The notes under the pieces were generated by a model. It was not told the origin of the DNA. It did not search any database and worked only from the letters and a program-made list of their open reading frames with translations. A DNA stretch of 63,224 nucleotides, counting the filler, from Choristocarpus tenellus KU-1152 (Eukaryota; Protista; Phaeophyceae), in the NCBI GenBank assembly GCA_964200185.2. It is 7 parts of 7 records of this genome, joined end to end, with 100 filler letters (N's around TTAATTAATTAA, not from the genome) between each part and the next. Parts side by side here need not be neighbours in the genome. Positions count along the whole stretch, not along the records: positions 33,304 to 63,224 come from CAXNAD020000096.1; 6 more parts are not named here. The stretch is one strand, 5' to 3'. Positions 48,662 through 61,791 of the stretch are shown here, in pieces. Made by a program: the position numbers and the translations under genes. The stretch's first letter is position 1; every line of letters starts with the position of its first letter.

Positions 48662-51600
48662 TCAGTGCTTCCTTGCCATCTCCTCCACCCGACGGCATAT
48701 GCTGTCCAACGTCAACTCCTCAGCTGCAACCCCCCCTCCGCCCTCTGCATCTGCCTCCCCTAGCCGTGTATCTTCTGCCATGAGTTTCAGCACTTGCTCC
48801 TGTTTGTCACTACTAAGGTCAAGGAATGACTCCACCAAATCCCCGTCCAAAAAATTGGACGCCTCTGCTGTTCGGCGAGCATTTGTGAAGGAGCGCCACT
48901 CTTCATGCCTGAACCCCCCCACCCCTCGTACCACACGGGTCATGGCACCTTGCAGGCGGCTTAGGAGACTGTAGTTATCCTCAGTTAATGTCAACACAGC
49001 ACCAACCATTCCATTTACTGTTCCAAAGAGCAGAGGTTGACCGCATACTAAGGTCTTCTCCACAGAGGTAGACAAGCCTGCATCCGTGGCCTGAGAAAGT
49101 TTGTCGGCATGGCAGCATGATATATGAGAGAAAAATTGAAAAAAAACCCCCTACAAACTCCACAGGAGAGACACTCTACAGAGATAGCACATCAACAACA
49201 TGATCCCTCAATTTTCCTATGTACACATTCTACCATGTTGATGTTGCCACCACTCTTGCGTCTATAGCAACCAGCAGACACACACATTACCATTTGCGCA
49301 TCAAACCAACATAGTGCATGTGTACAGGGGAATAGATAAGTACATCATATGATGCATGAATATACTTACCTCTACATTGAACAGTTGAATATTCACCATG
49401 TATACAAGAAGCGATAGGATGAGGTAGAAATGGGCAAAAAGTACAAAGAATGCATGGCAACAATAGTTGACCTGCATGGTAAGGGAACCCTGGCAGAACT
49501 TGTTCACAAACTCTCCAAGGTGAAACTCCCCCTGCAGTTCTAGGCGGGCCCGCTCCTCTTCAGTTGTGGCATCTATGCAGCACATAACAGACAATTTCAT
49601 GGAAAAGTGATCATAACTAAAGGCGTTCAAAGCAAATTTATACAACATTGAAAAAGAGTTGACCTCAACACGCATTGAGACACATACTGGGTACACCACA
49701 AAGGTATGTGAGAAGTTGGGTTTCAACTTGTGTCAGGTTGAATGCTATAACTCTGCATAATCACATTTTCAATTTCAAACAAGATTGGGTTTGAAATCTT
49801 CATCTTGTCTTATCAATACTTGCAGCATACTTTGTGCACATGTAAAACTCAAGACGCCTGGAAACTGTTGAAATGTGTAACTGGAAATTGTGGAAGGTAA
49901 ACCAACCATCATGTTTTTAAGCCTACACAACAGTAGAGTGTAAGTCAAAACTGATACATGTGGTTGTGGTGCTCAATTCAATCAATATAGAGGTAGTTCA
50001 CTAGACGGGAGGCATCTGCCTTATGGGAAAAAACACACCCAACAGTGAATTACCTCAGTGACATAATTGGTGACAGTTATGCAGTGATGAACACAATGTA
50101 TTGCATATACAGTCGCCAATACAGTCAAACCACAGCAGCACTACAACACCATGTTCAAAACAGAGATATGAGTACATCCCCTTCTCAGAGAGTGGCATAC
50201 CTCAACATTGTCCATCATCAAAACCACCCACATCTACTATCCTTCGAGATTTTTAAATACACTTCTCCCCTGTAGAGTGACTCAAACATCTGTCAGTGCA
50301 GAAAAAGAGTGTGTCCTTACCAACCAGTCCATGAGATACAAGGTGGATCAATATGCAAAATAGTCCCAACCAAAAACTCTTCTCCTTATACGTGTGCTTG
50401 AGACCTTCACTACCCAGTACTCCTGATAATAATAATAATAACTTGCCTGCATTTCTTCGCACGGTGAATATATTGCAGTCATTCTCCGCTCCAATGTAGA
50501 CATCATCATCTATCATTTCCACTGCCGTCATCCAGTTGGCATGGTAATCCCGTGCAATTTCCTGTACATACACAATTTGGGTAGTACCTTGGCAATATCA
50601 GTGAATTGACAATCTTGTATTCTTCACTAGTGTAAGGGAGGGAAATTGTATTAGATTGCAAAAACCAGAAAACACTGTGTACATGGTACAAGTACCAAGG
50701 ACTACAAGAAACAGCAAGTTTGATGTAATCAATGAAAGGTGAAGGTGTTTTCACCAATACAGTGGCAGCAGTCAGTATCGCTTCACTTCTCTCACCTCAA
50801 TGCACCCATCAAGAGACTTGTACACAAGGAGGCTGATTGACCGCATCAGGTCCCCCACAATGATGAAATCTCCTCGACTCTGAAAAGGGAGCAACAAGGA
50901 GATCGTGTTGAACAGGATTTTGCTCTTTGAGTGTCTGCATTGGACAAAGTTGACATCTACGGTGGTAATATTAGCGAACAGTACTATTATAATATTATAT
51001 TACACAATATTGAAAGACAGGTCAAGGCAATACCTTCACATCATTAAACCAACTTGCAAACTGCAAAGAAGGCATACCCGCATGTAAAGAGCCAAAATGT
51101 GACCATGATATCCACACTCTGTCTGAAGCTCCTGGATGCCATCATCCTTTTCCACCCACTTGAACAGTTGCACCTGACAAACAAAAAAAAATCCCAGAGT
51201 ATCCACAATTGGCACCAATAAAATGTATTACTTCAAATAGCTTATGGATGTTTCTATGCAGGGAGGCGTTACAGCAATTATTCCAAATCTTCACAGTCTG
51301 ATCAAAAGCCTCGGATGCACAACTGAACTTGATCGATAATTAATTGAGTTTAAGGCAAGTACAGAGTTCTTCTAAGGGCACATTGTGATAGACTAGATAA
51401 ACTAGATAAGTTAGATAAATGACAAAGACTAATTTCATGCCAAACATTTGCATACCTTGCTGTTGATGCCAGCAAGCAACTTTCCATTGAATTCATTGAG
51501 AGAATAGACAGCACCCCGTGTCTCTTCCTCAGCGACCAGTAGAACTTTCCTTTCTGCACCCTCCCCTTCCACACTGAAGACCAAAAGGCGACCAACAGCT

Positions 51601-54600
51601 GGTTCAAAGTCCTGGCTAACAGATGTTTCTGGTTAAATGTTGTCAAACCTGTGGATATCTTCAAGTTATAGTGAGCAAAACCCATACTAGCTTCAAGCTA
51701 TTTCCCTCAGTTGTAATTAGGGTTAATGAATGAAAATTATGTCAATCATTTCCCTCACAGATCAGCCTTCACCCATTCCTATGCTTGCAATCATGTTTTC
51801 CATGTCAAATCAACCACCTTCTTGTGTAGGCTCTCAATCCATGCTCATCTCAAGCCACAAACACATACAATCCACAGACAGGACAGGAGCAGCAATAGTC
51901 AAACAGGCACCTCACCTCCTCACGTACATAAGCCGTGCCCACAACAACATAATCCTTGGGATCATTTGCAAACTTGCAGGATACCAGGGAGCAACCCATC
52001 TGGTGATCAAGCAACAAGAGGTAGCTGGTCATGATTAATTACAATAATGACTCAGGGCTATTGTAGTGTGACAGCATCAGGAGGCAAGACGTGCCAAACT
52101 ACCAACTCATGAATGCTTGTAAATTATGAAAATGAAATCATATTGTTTGACTTACTCTCACTCTACAGTACTATACTACAATATAAGTAATGTTATTACT
52201 ATTACTAAAAGTAACTAAGATATGTCTGTCTGTCCAAAATGAGTAGCCACAACTCTCTCAACACCGCTACCCACCTCAAATGGATCCAGCGCATGTCGAT
52301 AGACGTCATCAAAGTGTGTGTCATCCAAGAACAGTACAAAGTTATGCTCCTCTTCCTCCTCACTGGTGTTGACAGTGTTGACAGTAGTGTTGATGGTAAC
52401 AGGTGCAGTGCAGGCAACACAGCATCACACACAACAATGAGTACTCACAATAAATGTTCCCAATAACTCTCAAAAGTTTTTGGAATTGGAAAATGAAACA
52501 AGGAGCATGTTGACTGGTCAACATGATAATTCCAAATCCGGTGTTGGATTTGATTCCGAGGAATTGAGCTACTTAGGGTCACAATTATCCATAAAATTGA
52601 CCCAAGACATCCTATGCTATGTTGGTTGGTGTTAACAATATTGCTTACCTCCAAGAATAAAACCATACGTGCTCAATAATATTATACCGCATGGATAACA
52701 GCTACAAGGATACACAAATCACATCCACATTCAAGGTCCAGAGTATCAAATGATCTGCCTAGAGGGAACTACAGAGCAACCCACAGCAATCCAGAGGTGC
52801 TGTTCAAAGAACAAAAGCTCCAGACTTCATTCTATCAAGAACACAAAAATTCACATGAAATAGAGTAAGTGGTGTCTCATAATAAATATCACAAATGACC
52901 TTCCAGTGACCTGAACACTAATAGTCACCACCCTTCTACACCAAAACTGGGAAACATTTTTTTTTTAAGAAGGCATTTGTATCTTGACAACCTCCATCAG
53001 AATCTAGGCTTGACAACACTGTTTTCAGAACAACAATTGGGCAGATAAAATCTAACAATGGTCCACAGCTTAGTTCAAAACAAATTTGGAAAAGAAAGCC
53101 CCCCACCAAAAATATTGTTCTATTATCTGGTTGAGATATTAGAGTTGAAGAGCTCTTTAACCATTGTATGGTCGATGTGTACAACATTGCTATCATAATC
53201 AATCTTTCAGAACAATTCAATATGTGGCAGGTGATCTGTTAAAAAAAATGTTCAAATGTTGTGTTGATTGTGCCTTGAGGCCAACTCTTCAGTGTCGCTT
53301 GTCAGGACATTTTTGTTTTTTTCACAATTTGAAGAGGTACAAAATGTGTCAGACTCTTCCTCTCTAACTCAGGGTCAGTTGTATCAATCATAAATGTAAT
53401 CACCTGTTTTCTACAATGTGATACCGTGTTGTGATTATGCCAAATACTCTCCCCTTCTCATGGTGGGTGATGCGTCTTGGACCTTCCCCAAGCTTGATTT
53501 TCTGTAAATAGCAAAGAAGAGAGAGAATTGCAGCACTTGGGCACTCACACATTATGTAAATGGCACTGTGGTAGTAATACACAAGGCCAGACTGGTAATA
53601 GACTAAGTGTGTTCTGTTAAATTACCTGCATGTGCAGCTTTTGGATGTCGTCGATGGTACCTATTGTCAAGCTGTTCTCACTCGCCAACGCCAGGCAATC
53701 TGGTAGTTGAACAGAGTCAAATGAGCACACAGAGTTTACCTGAAAAAAGAGAAAAAAAAAGGTCAAGGAATATGCCTCTAGGGAGCTCAAAATGAGCAAA
53801 ATCAGTTCAAAACATATATTATGTTTTTTATTACAGTCAGTATGATGATAGAAAAGTAGAAAACAAACTACTTCGACATTCTCCACATGGGCAAGATACA
53901 TCATGCATGGTGCGTAAGGCATCACCCACCTCAGTCATATTGACATTAGCAAACAGTAGCTTCCCCCCACTAGCGTAGATAACGGTGGGTCGGTCACTGG
54001 AGACAAAGATACACACAGCCCCATTGTTCTGAAAACATGCAAGTCCGATGGGCTGACTCCCCAGGGCAGTTTTCTTGGCTTGACCTAATACAGGCTTGTC
54101 GACTGAGGTAAGGTCCAGTGTAGTGGAGATGACATGACCATCACCCAGTCCAACAAACAGATAGTGCAAGCCAGTGAAGGTGGCAATCATAACTGATCGT
54201 GCCTGTGTCAAAAAGGAAGATTTTTTCTTTTTGTTAAAATGAACAAGTTATTGGATCTTGCATTCCGCCCAAAATGGGAAAAAGTATGCATCGAGTAAAA
54301 TCCAACTGTTTTTTTTTTGCGAAATAACCAATGCACAAAAGGCAAAATAATCTTCATGACAAAATTGTAACCTCAAGTAGTTTGCAGCACCCAAAACACT
54401 TGAAACATCTGCTGGCATGATTAGCTTGGTGTATTTAAAGGTGACTAGCATAGGAGAGCATGTATTTTGAAAAACCTGTTAGTAATACATATCGCTGTCA
54501 TTCAAGAGAGGCTTAAGAGTGATTCAAGCATTGTGCCTCTAAAATATGGTGAAAGTGTGTAGGCCATAGCCCCCTGAAAAAATAAGCATTATAACTTACA

Positions 54601-57600
54601 TCACATCTTAAAACAAAAAAACAAAAACAAATGGAGAATTCACGTGTATTCCATCCCAAGATCTCACTTGCATTTTCTATGGACATCAAACACTTGAGAT
54701 ATGAGATATTCCCAACACCTCTCTTGGAATTGAATACACAGGATGTATTTGTACATCTTGTTCAGACAGTCACAATCCTATCCCTTAACATTTGGCAGGT
54801 GATAGGTACACAAAACTAAAGGGACCATTGAAAGACAGGCACGCCAGATGCAAGCGTTGCAATGCTGTTATACCGTAATACTAGTGTATAACTACTGTAT
54901 AACATGAATACTACTGTATAACATGTCTTGATATAGTCAGAAGAAATGCGATCATCATACCTGGGTGTCACCAACAAGGGATTGCTGGGCAACCTCCTGG
55001 AGGGAGGGCAGGGCCAGTAGACGGACCTATAGGATATGTAAATGGCATGGTAGAATACAATGTATAGTAAGGAGACAAGATGGGAGGGTTAGGGTACCAA
55101 TTGTGAGAAACAAAATTGCTTGGAACATAGGAAGGGCACAAAATATTAATTCAGGGTCACAAGGTAATAACACTTGGTTCATCACGGAATCAAAGCAACT
55201 GCGACACATTTACTACACATTTACTACACATTTACTACACATTTACCCAGACTTGAACAATCAAATCACATCATACTTCAGCACACACCGTCATATCTGT
55301 CCACATCCCAACAGCCACAAGCGCATCAAGCTCAGCAGATTTGGAAGAGTTGTTGACTTCCACCCCATCCACTGGCATTGCATTCTCTAAGTCCAGCTCA
55401 TGAGTAGAGTGGTTGTTTGAAGGGTTGAGGCTAAGACACGCAATCTCATTTTCCAGCTTTGCATGTGCTTCCTCCACCAGCTGAACAGTGGCCAAGGATG
55501 GAAGGGAAGCACATTAGTGATAATTAACATTAGTGATAATTAATCCCTTGCGTATCACAGTGTGAAACAATGTATTAGAATATTGCAAAGCAAAACAGTT
55601 CTTAATTACCCAAGCAACTACTTTGGCGGAAGCAGAGTGCATTTTGTGCTTGTATACGTACCTTCTAGACTAACAATCCAAGTGCACCCCAAAAATCATC
55701 AATATCCCTGTCTGGGCACAGTATGGTATGGTATGGTATGGTGGTGGTCCTTAAGCAAAAAATGCAATACATTACTCAAGAATAGAAGTTGGACAAGTTT
55801 CACCCAATAGAGCATCAAAACCAAAGACTTGATATATTTTGAGCATCTAACAGACATCTTCACCTCAAGCATATGCACACCTATGTTTTTTTAATACCTT
55901 TGTTTCTGACAATAGCTACAGTTACAACTAGCTCCAAGTATCAAATGTTGCTTCTGACAAATGTTACAGCTGTCTTTACCCCCAAGTACTAGAGATAATA
56001 GAGGGCTCATTACTCTACAAAAAATGATCATCCACAACACAGCACATCTGCAAACAAGGTGCAATTCTTTTTCATCTTCTGCACATGATGCACACAGAAC
56101 ACTACAAAAAAACACAGCATACCTTCTTCAAAGAGGCATCCACCCCAAGATGGACCAGGTTGCCTCCTCCGCACGCAAGAACCACCCGTGATAGATTCCC
56201 AGTAGCAACAGTGATATTCAGACCCGAAGGAGGATTCCACCGGTGGACTTCTTGTAGAGTTTTGTAAGAGATCAACGCCACTCCTTTCTCTGTCACTTGC
56301 ACACACATGTCCCCAACTACACCACCACAGAAGATAGTACACCCTGGCAGAAAACCTTGTATTTCCACCTCAGCCAGCTGGTGGTCACCATCTTCATCGT
56401 CCTCAATGGCCAGAATACGGGTCTCACTGATGAAAGCCTGGACCAGGTACTTGTCATGACAAGAGCTAGAGGAATCTTGTAATGACCACATTCCCTTGAT
56501 ACCAGCCAACTCTGTTGACGCCTGCTCATTGATTCCAATTCCATTTCGAATTACGTGCAAGGACCCATCCTTGTTGCATCCACTGCAAGTAACTGCCTGT
56601 CCCTGCCCCTGGCGGTCCAGATCTACAACACACATGTCCATTATGGGACCAAGGTTGTCATATGTGTCCAGGATATCAATGTAGTTCCCATCTGAATTTT
56701 TCTCTGGGCTCAATTTGATTAGCTGACTATCCCCAAATGAACTACCTATGAACACGACCCCATTGTCAAGATATGAAATGGTCGATGCACAGCTGGTCTC
56801 TCCCAGCGCCTCAACATGGGCTGTCTCAACTGTTGCCCCTGTTGAATCTGCTGTAAGTATAACAACATGCAAACCTCCAAAATGATCACCAATCAACAGT
56901 CTTGAACCATCTGTGTCCACCCATCCATAGGCACACATCTTGGTGTTCTGAATGGGAATGGTCTTGAAGCTTACACCACTATGATAGCAAATGGTCTGAT
57001 GCCCTAGGATTAGAACTCCACCCATCGGCTCAGGGACAGGGATGAGTTCACTGGCATTGTGCTCCACATTGGGTTGACTCCATGGTCCTGGGTTGAACTC
57101 CTTATCTCGTGCATTTACTGTGTACGTCTTGATGTGACGAGCCTCACGCTGGTCCTGGTATAGCACTGCAATAGTGGGTTTGGGGTAGCCAACAAGAAAC
57201 TTGATATCCAGCAGTTCGAGCTCTTCCAGGCGAACATTAAAAGCCTCCTTCAGTTGTCCCCTGGCATCCATTGGCATTACCTTGAATTGCCCTTCATACA
57301 AGTGCAGACCAATCATACGGTTTTGTGGATCCAAAACGCCTATTTTGTTGTTTTCTGTTGCTCGTCCAATTCTGTCCTTCACAGTTCCATTAGCCTTGGT
57401 GATGATCTCCTGTGAGAAGATAGGAAGCGAAAAAAAAGCAAAAAATGAAATAGTAATGAAAAATGTGGATCGATCCACTCACAGAAAATCGAAGAGAGCA
57501 TTTCACCATCGACAATAACAGTTCTTAAATGCTATATGGAAACACGTTGGCGGGTGCATTATGCCAAGAACTTCTAGGATCGAACAACACAGTTCGGTTC

Positions 57601-58352
57601 AGATATTCTCCTGTAAAGAATATGTACATGAAAACAGGGTTAAAGGTACCCTGGCACAAGACCACAACCCTGCCCATAGATATCCCAGAAGATCGTAAGC
57701 ACTCCAACTCAACTTTTAGGTATTTAACAAGGATGATCATACATATCATAAAGCGGATTCCTACTCCTATAACTGATCGAAGGTGTCGACATCAACTGTT
57801 GAAAGCCACAAGTTCCTACCAACTTCCGAGTACATAGGTATCGCCGGATAATTCCCCACCATATGGCGTGCATTGACGAGAGTAGTACAAGGCTTGTCTG
57901 AACACAATACTTGATAGGGGAATAAGCGTCATAGAAGTACTATTTCCAAAATCCACACCTCAGGTTGCTCCTCCTACTGGGCTAGTTCTAACCATTTCTT
58001 CATCAAGAAGGTTACGCTTCACGGGTCTACGCCACATAAATCCACACAGTGACAACCACCATACCTGTTTGTCAGCATCATACTGCAAGATGCAGAACTG
58101 ATACCGTTCCGTTAACACAAATAGCCTATCTTGATCCTCGCTTAGGAGGCGGTAGGAATCCAATGTCGCAATCGTGCCGTATATGGGCACGTCCAGCCTG
58201 TGTGGGAGACCTTCCGAGGTTACTTCCCTAATCTCTAGACGAGACCCTTTTGCGAGTACCAGGTTGACGTCATCAGGACCTGTGAAGTTACACACTACAG
58301 AATGGCTCACAGTTGTAGCCTTCTTAGCCGTGACTACATAGTTCCGCGCCAT
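48662..58352 (-). CDS. DDB1: DNA damage-binding protein 1 (CUL4 adaptor), complete, 15 exons: 58352-58065, 57409-56123, 55480-55289, 55026-54961, 54202-53930, 53739-53626, 53501-53404, 52362-52275, 51999-51916, 51611-51456, 51173-51078, 50879-50796, 50561-50447, 49572-49472, 49090-48662
   Basis: MARNYVVTA.., [79 protein letters not shown] and [24 protein letters not shown] all match DDB1; splice phases are consistent. Confidence 0.97.
55204..55246 (+). repeat. 11-bp minisatellite (ACACATTTACT)x~4 in a DDB1 intron
   Basis: Direct read. Confidence 0.9.
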
Positions 58353-58597
58353 CCTTCTGGATTTGGTGTAACAGTGGCAACACTGTCTCTGGCCTTTGCT
58401 TCAGGCAAAGACTTTAACTCACAGAGTCGATAGGCACAATGGATCAGCGACGATTATAATCGATACGCATCACTTGGAGGAGATGCACCAATCCACCCGA
58501 GGATGTGATTTTTAAAGTGGTCACAACGCCTTCTACTGACGAACTCCGCACTTTTACAATAGGGAGTGTGAAAGCTTGCGGTGTCGAAGAAGTTGAA
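58353..58597. promoter_or_regulatory. Probable bidirectional promoter/5'UTRs of DDB1 and TMEM258
   Basis: Only 245 bp separate the two divergent ATGs; locally richer in CpG. Confidence 0.65.
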
Positions 58598-58922
58598 ATG
58601 GTAAGCTCTACAGCTAAGTGAGAACAACGTAATCATTGGGTGAAATGCAATCCCATCCTTTGTCTTGACCTCTCGTTCCAATAAATTCTGTTCTGCCCAG
58701 GTGCCGTACTCAAGCCCTGTGCCTCTGGTTCTATATGGACCCTTGGCTGTGCACTTAGTTGGGGCAGGACTTGGTGTCATGGCTATGTATTCCATCCAAC
58801 AAATGAAAGTAACCAAAAATGGTCAGAGTATAGTCAAGGATATTTCGTTGGCATTGACCTCATCCTTGTTGCTTGGTTTCGGGGTGCTGTTTGGCCTGCT
58901 TTGGTCGGGTGTTTATGTTTAG
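58598..58922 (+). CDS. TMEM258: Oligosaccharyltransferase subunit TMEM258/OST5; exons 58598-58600 (ATG only) and 58701-58922
   Basis: M|VPYSSPVP...KDISLALTSSLLLGFGVLFGLLWSGVYV* matches the YxSPV... and GFGVLFLLLWxGIYV family motifs; donor ATG|GTAAGC, acceptor CCCAG|. Confidence 0.92.
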
Positions 58923-59876
58923 TCTTTCTAAGATGCCTGCATTTTAATGGGATCAAGGATGAGGGATGCCTCCATGGGTATCTAGATTGTGTTTATGTTT
59001 GAGCGTGTGTGTATGCTCATGTTTGTGTATCTACGCAAATAAGTATGTTCCTTGTCAGGTTTGAGGTAACAACAGTACGACGAGATCAATGCCATCAACT
59101 GAACCAGGATCTCACTATTTGTCGAGAGCTACTGCTTATACACAACATGAAACACCACATCCAGATGTAAGGTGACGAAGGTTGTCCTCTGTCTGCGTCT
59201 CCTCCATCCTTTTCTAGCCATATCTCAGGACTTTATATTCCAAGACTGGTTTCAATAGCGTAGTCACCCACAAGTGCAGGCTAACTTAACTCATCCCGCT
59301 CGGTGGGAGTGTACAGGCTTTGAAGTCCTCATGAAGCACTAGGAATAGGTTGTGCATATGATTGCAGCGCACAGTTAACACAATGGACTACCAAGATGTG
59401 GCATGGTCTGGGCGGGCAGGTTGCAGTGAGCTATAAATGGGGAGTGGATAGAAAGGATAGTAAAATCCAGGTGGTGGAAGTCCTTACCCTTTCATAGTTT
59501 GCCTTACGCTTGATGTGTATGTCACAGCCGAACAGAGCAGCACACTGTGCTGTATGTGAAGTACCACTCTTGTCATTTTGGAAGTATTTGCTCCATTCTA
59601 TGTTAAGAAGACTCTTCAGTGTACTTCAGTGTAAAAATGATGCCAAGGGGCAGAAATTATAGTTACAAATAGTTGCGTAGGAGACAAGCTCTGGGAAACA
59701 CAACGGCACTGAAATATTGATAACAAATATCCATGCTGAAGCACTCCTCTGGAGAAACCTTGTATTAAAAGGTAGTAAGCTCTACAACTAATGGCAAAGG
59801 TGTTCCACCTCTCCTCAGATTAAATCAAAAGAATAGCCATATTGTTACTGCTGCACTGCTTTCAGAATCTCTATAC

Positions 59877-61791
59877 CTATCTCAACAGAGAGTTGTCTAG
59901 AATATTCACGCCCCATGCCGATCCCCAGCTCAATCTTTCCTTTTCCCTAATAATACTTCTATCTGTGCTTAGTGGGTACTGACAACCTTCATGTTGCACG
60001 ATGTTCATTTCTTCTTTGTTACCACCGTATTGAGCAAGTCCCAATTCCATAGCACGTTGAAACATGTTATCTAGAGTCCTTTGTTCCACAAGTGGAACAC
60101 GACTCAAAAAGTTGACTCCCACAAATGCTCTTTGGTTGGCCACCTGAACACACTGCAATTGTATAGCCCTCTCATAAACTCGCATTCCCTGTGCATCTAC
60201 CCCTTTCCACAGCTCCACCACCTGTAACAGACAACAATACAGGTGCGGGCTTGAAATCATTTGGTTGCATAAACAGTTGTGGTTACTCTGGCCATGACCA
60301 CTGGGGTGTCTTTGTAGGGTCCTACATTGCACTTACTGTATTGGGCCATGTGTTGTAAAATGCATGCTCAGGGAACTGTCCCGGTGTTGCAGGGTTGTAG
60401 TTCATTGTCATGTTGATAGCAAAGGTATCCGCTGGACCATACTCGTAGGGACACTTGGTAGTGAACATGTCCTCGATTGTGTTTCCTCTTCTTGTCATAT
60501 TGAAACGGGTGCAGCCACAAAATCCCACCTGCGTCCAGTCATGATAAGCGAGCTCATACCTGGGTGATGAGAACGATACAAACGAAGCTCAACTCAAGAA
60601 ACTATATTCTTGTAACCGTGTCCACAAGCCAGAAAGAGCAATAGGCTACTGGTCTGGGACACAAAGATATATCCTTGAAGAGAAATATGTGGCAAAGACG
60701 TACCAGACACCCATATACATGTCGACATCGAAATCTTCAACAGAGTGACTCCTCGTTTCCTCGTATGTTGGGCACCGCCCTGTCTTCCGGATGTCCTCTT
60801 GAGAGGAGCACAGAGATAGCATGGGTTGAGCAAATTTCACGATAAGCTCCATATGTAACAGTATAGGACCCCTGTTAATAATAAAATTCTACGTGTGCAT
60901 ACTTGCCAGAGGTTACCAAGTTGACATTTGCCAAACCTGAAAGGTCTTATCTCTCCAACAACTGTCTGTTACTAACACATGTAATATGGGGACATTTGTG
61001 ATGGTAGAATCCAAAGGTTTATTAAAGCACTGTAACAGTGTAAAGTGAAAAATGATGAAGTACAGGAACACAAGGAGCAATTAAGGTCCATACATTTTAC
61101 AGAACAAATGCATTGACAATGGGGGGGGGAGGCTGTGCAATATTCTGTCCAACCTGTAAGTCCAAAACAGCTATAAATCAGTCCAGTTGTTAAATAGGCA
61201 TTGCCTGGGTATGTCCAGTTTGCTTATTCAACCAGGAATAGAAATACTTTCTTCTATGTCCCAGTTTACAGTTACCTCTTTGAAGTATTTCCCATGTTTG
61301 TGCTTCCTTACTCAAGGTATGTTATCCTTGACTTCATGTAAGAATACTTCTCACCTATACACTGTACTCTACTAGTTCAAAATGTTTGTCACCAGATACG
61401 ACATTTTAGCCATGACTTTGACATGTATTGCAGAGTGCTCTCATGTTATTACTCTACAGTGTAGTATTCCTACTTGAGCCGACATTGATCCATCATGGTC
61501 GCCAATGCAAAGCAAAGTGTGTGTGAATATTCGGAGTTTTGGCATCTACACGCACAATTGAGCTCTAGCGTTTAAAATGGTATATATAATGTTATGCACA
61601 CGTAACAAAATTTGGAGTGTAGGAAGGTGCAGGACCGCTGACCTACCAAAAAGGGCAAGAGCAGGCTTGTTCGATAGGGACATTCCTGCCGCAGCTCCGC
61701 TGATGGTCACCCCCAGGTTGCGCAGAAAGGTCCCCCTTGTTTCTGTTCCTGCCTTGGTGGTCGGAGTTTGGGATTCGACCGAAGGTGCCAT
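59877..61791 (-). CDS. Lipocalin-family protein, probably thylakoid-lumenal; exons 61791-61647, 60797-60704, 60559-60337, 60221-59877 (N-terminus uncertain)
   Basis: FDVDMYMGVW|YELA is the lipocalin SCR1 (FDxxxYxGxWYE); FLSR (SCR3-like) and several Cys are present; the upstream exon has a Tat-like leader (TRGTFL...h-region...PALA). Phases are consistent. Confidence 0.8.
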
